Source of the DNA: Plasmodiophora brassicae | Taxonomy: Eukaryota | DNA: 64,000 bases | Assembly (NCBI GenBank): GCA_036867785.1 | Contig: CP145411.1 | Coordinates: 868,001 to 932,000 of the forward strand | Direction of reading: 5' to 3' | Shown: positions 28,007 through 39,524 of the stretch, one piece after another | Layout of the letters: the number at the start of each line of letters is the position of its first letter | Position numbering within the stretch: position 1 is the first letter of the stretch | Notes under the pieces: generated by a model | Seen by the model: only the letters and a program-made list of their open reading frames with translations | Databases searched by the model: none | Told to the model about the DNA's origin: nothing | Translations under genes and position numbers: made by a program

Positions 28007-29951
28007 TCACATTGCAGCGACGCGTGCAATGGGGGTTTTGACTATGCTGAATGCGTCCTCGAGAAGGTCGGAATCTGCAGAGTAGAACTGCCAGCGAAGG
28101 CAGGTATGGTTGAAGATGTCGAGAACGCCGTATCCGTACTTGTTCGATAGGCGAAATGCTGACCAGCTAGGGGCATCGTCAGGTAACGGATCATGTCCTT
28201 CAATGTTCCCTGCAGCGCCGTTGACAACGTATACCGGAGCAGCAGGGTTCGTGTAATGAGCGCCCAGCGTTTGCGACTTCGCCACAGGGTACGAGCGCTC
28301 GTACGAGTGAACGTGCCCGCTGAGGTACAGATCTACTTTAAACTCCAAGAACAGGCCCTCAAAAGTAGCTCGTGTTTTCTCCTGCTGCCGTCTGGGGAAG
28401 TCATTGACGTGACTGGAATACAATGGCCGATGACCCATGACGATGATCCATGGTCTCGCCTTCCGATTCGCGGCGGCGCGCTCCAAGTCCTTTCGCAGCC
28501 ATGCAATTTGATTACCAAATCCACCACCTGGGACCAAGCAACAATTAGATACCACCGCGCATACCACAGAAAGAAGAGATGGATCACCTCGGTTCCCGAT
28601 GACGGTGCGAGGGGTTGTTGGCGCACCTTCGTAGTCGGACTCGGTGTTGATTGCAATAAAGTGTGCTGGACCATAGTCGAATGAGTACCATAGGTTCAAG
28701 ACGCCTCCAGACTCGAGAGAAGGCATTCTGAACCGGGTATTGAATACAGTGAAATTCGTCATTGATTTGTGGCACCTGTACGACTATATTGGGGAAGTGT
28801 TTACGAGGAGCGACGTCAAACGTGATACCATATGTCTCCGAAAGAATGACATGACACGTCGTGGTTGCCTGGAAGTACCATGTACGGCTTGACCGACGCA
28901 ATCGGTGTTATTGCTGCCTGCCAGTCGTTCCATATGACCTCGAAGTCTGGATTGGATCCAATGTGGTCCCTGTCATCGGCGTAAGCAAGATCGCCCTACC
29001 AACGGGGACACGGTTAGATCGCAAGAGACCTACGAAGAGAAATGCGGATCACCTTACCACGTGCATGAAGAAACTCGAGCTGTCACGCCTCTCAAGCATA
29101 CGCTTCAGGGTTGATTGGCTGTTGTCAGTGCCCATGTCGCCAACAACAACCGCAGTGAATGGTGCGTTCCCGTCAGGTGGCATCTCGAACGACGCTTCGA
29201 TGGATAGGCCGCGGCCCTCGTCACCGCATCGGTAAAAGTACCGCCCGTTGGGTTTCAGCCCAGCAATAACGACGTCGTGATGGTAGTCGGAAGAGTACGA
29301 GCGCGTCGTACCTGCCACCTTCTCATCGTGTCGCCCGGTCCCGTTCCCAAATACGACCACTGGATTGTACAACGCCGACGATGTCAACCCGCGCCAAGTT
29401 GTCCAACTGACCGACACGGCTGTCTGGTTGATAATCGCAAGGCGCATCATGGCAGGTGGGGCGGCCAAACTGCCAGCGACACAGAGGAACGCAGACGTTG
29501 AAGTAATCCACCCGGCATTGAGATTCTGGGACATCTGGGTGAAACCGTGCGGACATGGATCACCACCAGTGACGACGGAAAGGTCTTCGATGCCGTGCTG
29601 GTCAGGCGAGTCGTAGGACACGCAGAGCAGAAGCCAGTAGGAGAAGCGTCGACGATTAACAGCGCCGATACGCTCCCATCCCGGAGGGCATCTCGCGACG
29701 CGACGCTGCCAAACCGATTCGATAAACGTCAACGACGTTATGTGGGGTTTCGCCGGGTCACGCCCCAGGCACAAGTAGACGAGTGGACCGGGCCACAACC
29801 CTGGAGACCCGAGCGGGTCCGACATCCGCGTTGTACCTTCCGGACAGGCGCTGTCTGGACCGACGACCATGGTCATTGACGTGATCGGATACGACGCATA
29901 GCAGTTGACGAGCACTGTCAGCAGCACAATCCCCCACATCATGACCAGCAT
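28007..29951 (-). CDS. Secreted purple acid phosphatase with N-terminal MABP-like beta-prism domain
   Basis: Signal peptide; FN3-like HHDVVIAGLKPNGRYFYRCG; metal motifs GDMG, GDLAYAD, PGNHD, VMGHRP, GHVHSYER. Confidence 0.88.
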
Positions 29952-31245
29952 GCGAGAACAAAGTGCTGTCGCCCGGAGGTCGGCCCTTGCCGTGACGCGA
30001 ATTTATGCGCGGCCGGTTGTCCACGGCACGTCCGCCATGCATGCCGGTCATGCCGGTCATGCATGCCTTCAAACGCGCACGGGACCCGCGCTCGATGCCA
30101 ACCAGTGAGGGACCCGTCCCGAAACGGCTCACCGCTGTGGTGCGGGCCGGTAACGTTTCGGAGCCGCACTCCCAACGGACTTGTCTGCGTCGCCGGGCTT
30201 GTGCGTTGGGACTTGTGACTTGCCGGTACATGGGTGTCCTTGGGCGATGACGTGAGAGATCAGACGAGTTCACGTTGCAAGCGTTGTCCAATACGATCTG
30301 GATGTTGCCGACTGCAAGACGCATCCTGCAGAGGCATTTCGTGCTGTCGCCCGACGAGCCATCGCGCCTTCTATGCTCTCGAACATGTCCAGCCCAGGGT
30401 TCCACTGCCGGGCAACGCGCGTTCGCCCTGTTAAATGCGGTAGCTCTGCCTGCCACTGCTCAGGTTGCAGACGCAATCTCGAATTCGGAATGGGCGCTTG
30501 TCACGGCTGGTAACCGCCATTTGCACATCTGAATCCGTCGCCTGTGATTTCGACGACCGAGGCATTCCGAATATTCTGCTGTTGATCGTGATCGCGCCGT
30601 GCTCCAAGCGTGTTCCAAGTATTGCCTCATCCGATCAATGAAAAGTCTTTGCTCTGGTCGCTGCTAACCTGTGGCAAGCCGAGGTGGCGTTCACAGGAAT
30701 TCAGTCCTATGACGTTCTGTCCAACCACCTTCCACGAGCTGGTCGCTTGCCTGCTTCACCACACGTCCTAATGGAAGGGACTCCAGATCCTGCGTTAGCT
30801 TGCACCTGACTGTCAGCGCACAAATCCCTATTCGTCTTGTCGACTACGCCTCTGCCATCATCGCGAGTTGCCCCTAGCAAATCAGGCAGTCTGCCGCCGC
30901 ATTGCCAGGGATATGGACAACGACTTCATTCCAGAAACCGCGTTCGGACAGACGAAGTATTCGTTTGACTATGACGACCAGGAGTCGCACGTCAGTTCAG
31001 AGGTTGGACGGCCCAGGCGCCCAGCACACTTCATCAAGCGGCTGGCTGGCGTCCGCTGCTGAGACAACGCCTGTTTGCACGAGATTGCACAGCGATAAAC
31101 CAGAATATAAACGCCCGTATCGCCCCCCGGGCGTATAGTATAACTTCTGTATGTCGTCATCAACTGCTGGGTGCTTCCGCATCTGAGCTTGCTCGGCAGC
31201 GGGACACGGCGATCACGCTGTCAAGTCCGTGGCGACTGGAACGGT

Positions 31246-32726
31246 ATGTTGGCGGCGTCGGCAGCCGGAGCCACGTCGGCCACCGCCGCCGACGATGCCA
31301 GCGGTGGCGGCGTAGAGGGCGCCATCATTCGATCCGATTCCGTGCGGGCAATCGCTGAGAATATTGGCATTGAGAACCTGGATGCGGCCCTGGCCGAGGC
31401 AGTCGCCGCCGAAGTCGAGTATCGCCTGAGACAGATCACGCAGGACGCGCTGAAGTTTGCCAACCACTGCTATCGAGACAAACTTCTCGTGCAGGACGTT
31501 GACAGCGCTTTACGCCTCAGAAATGTTCCTGTATGTGTGTTATGCTCTGGACGCTTCACTGCTCCGCTGATCAAAGTTTTAGCCACTGTATGGATACAAC
31601 TGCTCCAATCAACTGTCGTTTCGACGAGTTGAAGGGTCTGCCGTCTCACCGTTTGCGGACAAGGGAAGATAAGGACTGATCATTGGCATGTAGGTACCCG
31701 GATCTGTTCTACGTGTGCGATGATGACGTCGCACTGGAATCAGTGTTGACTCAGGGGCTGCCTCCTGCACCTGCTGATACGACGTTCTCTGTCCATTGGC
31801 TTGCCGTCCATGGGGTACAACCAAGAATTCCACCGAACCCAACGCCATCGTCTCAGGCTGATAACGTGCCCAATGGCGACGGCGAGCAGACAACTGTGAA
31901 GAGCGTTGTAAGACATGTACTTTCCAAGGAACAGCAGATGTATTACGAGCAAGTGACGCTTGGCTTACGCTCGGGCGATGCTCAGCTACAGCGTGCGGTT
32001 CTGTTGAGCGTCCAACGTGATGCGGGCCTGCACCAACTCGTTCCGTACTTTGTCCAGTTCATCGCCGACCAAGTCAACTCCAACCTGCGTGACTTGCTTC
32101 AGCTCAGGGCGGCCATGCGTCTGGCGCATGCAATGCTGTCGAGCCCGCACATGCAGATTGAGCCCTACCTGCATCAGCTGATGCCGCCGATCCTGACCTG
32201 TCTGGTTGGCAGACATCTGTGCCGGCTACCCACTGAAGATCACTGGTCTCTGCGCGACACCAGCGCAACACTGGTCGCCCACATCTGCAAACAGTACGGC
32301 CCGCTGTACCAGAACCTGCAGCCGCGAATCACCAAGACGCTTGCCAAGGCGTTGCTGGATCCGAAACGGCCTCTAACGACCCATTATGGCGCAATACGTG
32401 GGTTGGAAGCGCTGGGCCCTAACGTCATGCGGGTTCTTGTTCTTCCGCATGTCCCTCTGTTCTATCAGCTGCTAGAACCGGAATTGCAGAACACCAAGAA
32501 CCCGACGAAGCGCCTTGAAGCCGAGTACTGCACCGGTGCTCTTCAGCATGCGTGTGGCGTGCTGTACCGATATCACATCCTAGAGAGTCCCTCGTCCGAG
32601 GAGATCAGTGCTGCGGACGCTGAGGATGGCTTTGAAACGATCGGCGTTCTTCGCGACTTATTTGGCGAAGCCATGCACCCCTACATGCTGAATTCAGATT
32701 CCCAATTGGCTACTACCTTTATATAA
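31246..32726 (+). CDS. TAF6: TFIID subunit 6
   Basis: Histone fold SVRAIAENIGI...VEYRLRQITQDALKF; HWLAVHGVQPRIPPNP; HVLSKEQQMYY; GLHQLVPYF; DHWSLRD; THYGAI. Confidence 0.95.
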
Positions 32727-33080
32727 ATTCAGTCTGGCGTTCCCTACGTCAGCGTTGCTGGATGTCGACCACAGTGACCGAGAGTTTCCAGCTTGCACCA
32801 TGGTGTAACAAATATGTGGTGCAGTGGTACGAAGCGCGTTGCTGCAAACGATATGCACTGAGCTTGCCTCGGATGTTGTTCATGCGACGCGCCCACGGCG
32901 AAAGCCATTCCGGCTGGCTACGTCCCGGAACCGTCGTGCCCTTGTGAGCGCTCATCGTGAACCCTCAACCCTCTCTGCTGCGGGGTGCCCCGCCCGGGGG
33001 CGAAAACAGGTGCTGCATGTCAGCGACTCCGCACGGACTTTGCAGGGGACAATCGTCAGAGCTTTGAAGAATCCTCATCG

Positions 33081-35724
33081 ATGGTCCGGAAGGGTGGCCG
33101 CGGTGCTCGTGGCCAGGCATCCGCCGATGCAGCGCCCCAGCAGTCGGGTTCGGCGGCGGCGCCCGCAAAGGCCGCCCCCGCGGTGGCCGACCAGAATCTT
33201 CCGTCCAAGCACCAGACGCTGTTCAAGCAGGTCGTCAAGGCCTACGAGACGAAACAGTATAAGAAGGGTCTGCGAACATGCGATACGATTCTGAAGGCGC
33301 ACCCGCAACATGGCGAGACGTGTGCCATGCGGGGCCTGGTCCTGAACTGCCTCGGACGTGGCGATGAAGCCCTTGAGGATATCAAGCGAGGGCTACGTTT
33401 CAATATCAAATCGCACGTTTGCTGGCACGTCTTTGGCCTTTACCATAGAGCCAATAGAGGTACTGACACCGGTTGATTGACTACGTCCACCGCATTGTTC
33501 GCTAACGATTCGTGCTTCTTCGGCATGTAGATTACGGTCAGGCGATTAAGTGCTACTTGAACGCATTACGTATCGATCCTGAGAACGTGCAGATCCTTCG
33601 TGACCTGTCTCTGCTTCAGATGCAGATGAGGGACACACCGGGATACGAGGAGACGCGAAGGAAGATCCTCGTCATGCAGTCCGCTCAACGAATCAACTGG
33701 ATTTCGTACAGCGTCGGCGCCTACTTGAATGGTCACGTACAGAGTGCCCTGTCGATTCTGGACACCTACCAGTCCACTCTGACGCTCGAGCGATCCATCG
33801 AGCATTCCGAGATGCTCATGTATAAGCTTCGACTCGTTCGACAAACGGGCGACTTGCAAAAGTCCCTGGAACTGATCGACCAGATTCGGCCGTACGTCCT
33901 CGATGAGTTTGAGCTGTCGCTCAATGAGGCAGACCTTTACCGATCGATTGGCGATATGGAGCCCGCCGAGCGCATCTACAAGGATCTGATCGAGAAGAAC
34001 CCCGATTATCAGGCGTGCCACGACGGATTGGTCGAGTGCCTACGCTCTCGCCAGTGCTCGGATGACGACGTTGAACAAACGTACGCGCGGCTGTCCAGCT
34101 CGCACCCCCAATCGAATCTCTGCAAGATTGTCCCGCTTGATGTCATTACCGATGACGGTATCTTCCAAAGAATTGCTGCTGATTACATTGCGACTGGCGT
34201 CCGCAAAGGGATCCCTTCGCTCTTCCGATCGCTGCGACGTCTCTACGCCGACCCTGCTAAACGCCAAGCCCTTTCCGATATCATCCAAGCCGCCCAAGCC
34301 GATGAATCTAGCGTTTGGGCTCTGGCCTTGCTTGCGCAGCATTACGATTTCGTCGGTGAGCCGCGACGAGGTCTCGATGCGCTGGAGTCGGCAATTGAAC
34401 ACGCGTCGGCATCTGACCGCATCGACCTCCTGATCCTGAAGGCGCGCTTGCTGAAGCATTGCGGCGCGCTTGCGAAAGCCCATGAAACGATGGAATCCGC
34501 GCGCGTCAACGATTTGCAGGACCGGTTCCTGAACACGAAAACCGTACGGTATGCGTTCCGTTGCGGTCTCATCGACGAAGCCGCCCGTGTTGTTGCCCTG
34601 TTCTTGAGAGACGGCGACACGCTCATATCCCTCACTGATATGCAGTGCATGTGGTACGAGCTTGCATTGGCCGAAGCGCTGGTTGCATCGAAGGAAATCG
34701 GTCCGGCCCTAAAGAAGTTCACATCGGTATCGTCATCGTTCTCGCTGTCAGAGGACTCACGTTTCTGATGGTTTCGTGTCAGGTGTTCAACCACTTTGCG
34801 GACATCCAGGAAGACCAGTTCGATTTCCATACGTACTGCATTCGTCGGCAAACTCTCTCATCCTACATCTCCATGTTGCAGTGGGAGGATACGCTCACCG
34901 GTCATCGATTCTATCGTCGGGCAGCGAAGGGTGCCATTTCTGCCTACATCGGCTTGTTCGACGAGTCGCTGCGAGCGGCATCGTCTGCAACAGACGGTAG
35001 CGGCACGCCGAACGGATTGGACAAACGAGCAGCGGCGAAGGCTAGACGCGCCGCGAAGAAGGCTGAAGAGGCAGCTGCCCAGAAGGCGACGGCCTCATCG
35101 AAGCCGTCTGATCCCGACCCTCTCGGTGAGAAGTTAGCCAAGACGGCGACCCCACTGGCCGATGCCACGAAATTGCTTCATGGGCTCCAGTCGTTCTCTG
35201 CGCAATGGCCCACAACCCATCTCCTGTCGTGTGAGGTCTACTCGCGGATGAAGCGCCCCCTTCTCGTGGTTCGCCATCTCCTTCAACTTCGCGGTCTCGT
35301 CGGCGTGACATCTCCTGTGTACGAGCTTGCTGCCATCGATGCTCTCCACAATCATCTCCAGGCAGTGGACGACATCGTCTCGACCGTTATCGATGCCGAA
35401 CGTGGCGGCCTGCTCCCGCCGTCCTTCTCGTCCGTCGAAGCCTGGGCTGAGAGCGTTGTCAAGCGTTGTCGCGATGGCGAGTACCCAGATCGTCTGCATG
35501 CCGCCCAAGTCCTTCTAGTGTCCGGTGGGGAGTCCAGATCAGCGCTGTCACTGATAATGCCGCTCCCGAACGATTCGTCGTCGGGTGGTGCGTCCCTCGA
35601 TGTATGTCGCTCGGCTAGTGGCGTTCTTCAGAAGCACTTTGAACGGTCGGACGTCGAGGAGTTCATGCGCCGCGCGAGTGCAATTCATCCGCTGGCTGAT
35701 GAGTTCCGCGTCGCCGTCGAGTGA
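33081..35724 (+). CDS. NAA15: NatA auxiliary subunit
   Basis: LPSKHQTLFKQVVKAYETKQYKKGL, SHVCWHVFGL, ILRDLSLLQMQMRD, DRFLNTK, MQCMWY, EDQFDFHTYCIRR. Confidence 0.95.
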
Positions 35725-35839
35725 TAGACGTGCACGCGAACGCTTCATTATTCTACAGGAACATACACAACCACGGTTGCAATGTACCTCATCGTTTGAT
35801 TTTGTATTATGTACAAATGATTTGTGTTCCAGCGCGACT

Positions 35840-37738
35840 TTATACAACACCAACCAGATCGACCTTGGGCGGTTCAAGGCGCTGAATGTGCCAGCGGCCA
35901 TCGCGGTCGATCTTGACTAGATCGTGGTGAAATCGTAGGACGGTTGATCGATGCGCAACTGACAGGAGACCGGCACCGCTGTTCAGCAGCAGCTGGTAAA
36001 TGTCCTGCTCGACGTCCTCATCCATTGCCGACGTGCATTCGTCCAGAATGGCGAAACGCGGTTTGTGGAACAGAAGCCTCGCAACGCCAAGGCGCTGCTG
36101 TTCGCCGACCGACAGGATCTCCGGCCAAGGGCATACGACGTTCAGGTCCCTTGCCCGGTTCGACAGCTGGACGGCCGTCAGCAATCTGGTCGCCTCCGCA
36201 TCGCTCAGGAGTTCCTCGCCGAGCGGGTATACAATCTGCTCGCGAAGCGTGCCGAGCGACAGGTAGGGGCGTTGTGGGAGATAGTACACGCCAGCGGGCG
36301 GCTTCATGATGCGGCCCGAATGGATGGGCCACAGGTCGCCCAGAGCGCGCAGCAGGCTGGACTTGCCGACGCCGTTCGGGCCCATCACGAGCACGTTTCG
36401 TTTGCCACCGGCTTCGACCGCGAAGCTGACGCCGCCGGGGAACAGGATCCGCCCAGTTGGCGTCTTCAACTGGACCATATCGAACACGATGCGATCGTAG
36501 GCGACAAACTTGCCCGGGCTGGTCCTTCGAAGCGGGGTCCGCTTCCCGTCCACCTGGATCCGGATCATCGCCGTCATTTCCTCGTCGGAGCTGTCATCGG
36601 TCAGCAGGTCGTTGCGCTGGTTGGCGTCCGCAATGTCGTCCAGGACGTCGAGCAGTTCGGCAACGCGATCGGCCACGGCCAGCAGCTGTGTGATCTCCTG
36701 GGACAGCTGGATGAGGTACGCGAGCTGGTACAGCATCGACGAGATGATCGTGGCGACCGCCACGAACGTGTTGACGTCGAGGTCCTGCTTCAGCATGAAC
36801 CACGCCAGGCCAGGGACGATGTATGCGATGGCGCCGGTGCCCCAGTAGAACGCGTTGGCGTTGAAGTTGATCGGCACATGCCATCGCGATTCCTGCATGG
36901 AGTAGTCGAGCACGTTGTCCAGGCAGGCGTCGCTGCGTTGCCGTTCCCGATCGTGGCCGGCCAGGAACGCGACCGTCTCGGCGTGGAGGCGGAGGTACGT
37001 GTGGGCGAACCGGTACGCGCCGATGGCGCCCAGCCCCTTCTTGACGACGTCGTGGACGCGGGTCATCAGGACCCGGTTCACCCCAGCGAAGACGAGGAAG
37101 AACGCGATCGACGCGATCGGGCAGAACCATCCGACCTTGATCCAGAGCGTCGTGCAGAACCAGGCCGTCGATATGACGACGGGCAGGACGCCCATGTACA
37201 TGGGCGCGCCGAACACGACCATCTTGCAGTGCTGGCAGAGCGCCGTCACATCGGACGCGATGCGCTGGTCGGCGTCACTGATACGCCCGTCCAGCAGCGT
37301 CATCTGGAAGCTGACCCGGGGGCGGAAGTACCGATCGGCGATGTGGTCGGTCAGGCGGCGACGCCAGACGCCCAGCGTCATGCGCTCGCCGACGTACAGC
37401 ATGGCGGTGGACGCCAGCGACCCGATCACGATGGTCAGCGCCAGCCAGAACAGGGCCGCCGAGAAGCGCCGCGTGTCCCGGTCGACGACCGCTTGCGTGA
37501 AGTCGCCGGTCAGCTCGGCGAAGTAGTTGTACGACCAGGCGTACATCACGGCGAGCGCGATGCTGACCGCCCCCAGCTGCCAGGAGCGCCCCGCCCAGAC
37601 CACGGCCCCGATCCGCGCCAGCGCCGACGACGACGACGCCGTCGCCCGCCCCCGCACCATCCGTTTCGACCTGCGCACGTAGATCGGCTCGTCCAGGCGG
37701 TTGTCGGACGACGCCACGTCCGGTCCTGCATCGCCCAT
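35840..37738 (-). CDS. ABCD (peroxisomal-type) half transporter, intronless
   Basis: WRRRLT, DADQRIASD, HAETVAF, GPNGVGKSSLLRALGDLWP, YLPQRPY, LSVGEQQRL, ILDECTSA. Confidence 0.92.
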   Translation of the reverse strand: MGDAGPDVASSDNRLDEPIYVRRSKRMVRGRATASSSSALARIGAVVWAGRSWQLGAVSIALAVMYAWSYNYFAELTGDFTQAVVDRDTRRFSAALFWLALTIVIGSLASTAMLYVGERMTLGVWRRRLTDHIADRYFRPRVSFQMTLLDGRISDADQRIASDVTALCQHCKMVVFGAPMYMGVLPVVISTAWFCTTLWIKVGWFCPIASIAFFLVFAGVNRVLMTRVHDVVKKGLGAIGAYRFAHTYLRLHAETVAFLAGHDRERQRSDACLDNVLDYSMQESRWHVPINFNANAFYWGTGAIAYIVPGLAWFMLKQDLDVNTFVAVATIISSMLYQLAYLIQLSQEITQLLAVADRVAELLDVLDDIADANQRNDLLTDDSSDEEMTAMIRIQVDGKRTPLRRTSPGKFVAYDRIVFDMVQLKTPTGRILFPGGVSFAVEAGGKRNVLVMGPNGVGKSSLLRALGDLWPIHSGRIMKPPAGVYYLPQRPYLSLGTLREQIVYPLGEELLSDAEATRLLTAVQLSNRARDLNVVCPWPEILSVGEQQRLGVARLLFHKPRFAILDECTSAMDEDVEQDIYQLLLNSGAGLLSVAHRSTVLRFHHDLVKIDRDGRWHIQRLEPPKVDLVGVV

Positions 37739-37894
37739 CGGCCCGCCCCCCCAACCCCGAGCGTGGCCCACGGCGGCCTCAGCACACGACGACGGCCAGT
37801 TTTGATGGGACCGCGCCACCCGCTCTGCACAGGCGGGGCGGCGCCGCCTGTGCATCCCTCCCCCCCCCCCCCGTCCGCGTTCGTTCGTCGTGTA

Positions 37895-39311
37895 TTAGTT
37901 GCCGACCCAGTGGCGGATGCGCCGCGACCGGAACGACTTCTTGACGACGCTGCTGGCGGCGACGTCGTACTGGGCGGGGCCGGGGCCGCCAGTGTCGTCG
38001 CCGCCGCTCTGCTTCGGGTGCGTGTCGGGGCGGAACGCCCGGGTCTCGCACCCGCGCCCGTCGCTCTGCATCTGCATGACCTTGATCTGGCGCGGATGGC
38101 ACCCGATGGTGCGGCCAGGGGGCGGCTTCTCGTATCGACGTTGCTGCTGGGCGGCCAACGTGGCCTGCATGATCGCGCGACGTTCGTTGTCCTGGTCGGT
38201 GCGTCGGCGACGGACGGTCGTGGACGAGAACATGGAGGAGAACCCGACCGACCCTCGTTGGAACAGGTCGGACCCGAACCTCCTGTCGACGTCGTAGGAG
38301 GCGGGGCCCGGTCCCGGCCTACAACGTACACAGCTGTCAGGTCGTGGACGATGGGCGGGCCGGGTCACGTGCGGAACGTACGCGGGCGATTTCTTCGGCG
38401 ACTCTGCTCCCATGAACATGGAGGACGGGTGAGGAGCCGGTGGCTGTCGCTGCGCCTCGTCGGCGCCTTCGTCAAGGACGTGCACGTCCGCGCCGAGGTC
38501 CACAGGTCCCGGCGGTGGCGCGTCCTGCTTGTTGGCGGCGGTGAACATCTTTCGCGGCGCTTTGCTGAACGAGATGCCCGGGCTCCTCCCGGGCGGTCTC
38601 TCTGACTGTCAGGGTAACCGTCAGCCGCCGTTCGAATTGCTTCACGTGATCGCGACCGACGTGGTAGTCTTGCGGGCCGGGACCGCTGGGCGTCGTGCTG
38701 CGAAAGCGCTGATCGGAGCCGAACGTGACGTTGCTGCGCCGGTTGAAATGTCGGCGCCGGTTGTCGATTGTAAACGACGTGCTTTGGTCGACATCGTACG
38801 ATCCCGGGCCGGGCACCTGGGCGCCTGTGCTAGCCGCAAACGACAGGGAACGGACGGTCTGCGTCAAAAGGATTCAGAACGCACGATCGCCCGATGCGCC
38901 TGACTGCCTGGCCTGCCTTCGATGCGAACCCAGTTCCAAATCCCTTCTTCGAAAGGGATACAGAATCCCACACCGCTGACGTCGGCGTATGGTATTGTCC
39001 TGGTGCCGGTCCGTCCTCCCGCTGCAAGCATGAGCCACGTAACTGGAAGGCCTTCAAGCATGCACGTGTGTGCCGACGACGCTCACCTTGTCTTTGGGGA
39101 ACCTCTGCGTCGTGCTACTGAATCCCTTCTGTAGTGGGCGTTTAGGCCGCGTGAACACGGTCTCGTATCGAGACGGAATCGATGCGACCGAACGCGACGT
39201 TGACGATTGGTCTTTACTCCCCACCGGGCGAGCAGGAGGCGGTCCTCTGAATAGCGCCCCATGGCGAGGCGTCCCCGCCTGTCTGTAGGTCGCTGGCCGT
39301 TCCGCCATCAT
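37895..39311 (-). CDS. Sperm-tail PG-rich (SHIPPO) repeat flagellar protein, STPG1/ODF3-like, multi-exon
   Basis: Repeated PGPGxY/PGPxxY motifs; SIPSRYET...KGFSSTTQRF; SLSKKGFGTGFASK. Confidence 0.75.
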
Positions 39312-39524
39312 ATCGTCGCGCCGTCGACCAGTACCTGTGCTATGATGAGCAAACGGGCAGCCTTATCGCCATGCGGCGGGGACCGAAGACTGTACCCCTG
39401 CCCGTCCATTAGTAACTGGACCCGGTACATGCAATCCTCCTGGCGCTCCTGGCCACCACCACCGGCTGCCGACGAGGGCATCTGTATACTACGTACTACT
39501 ACCGTCACAGTCATTTGATCGAGC

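Noticed and set aside
30200-31140. Possible small spliced gene (MDNDFIPETAFG...)
   Set aside because: No convincing in-frame model or homology.
36065-38605. 846-aa plus-strand ORF
   Set aside because: Antisense shadow of the GC-rich ABCD and STPG-like genes.
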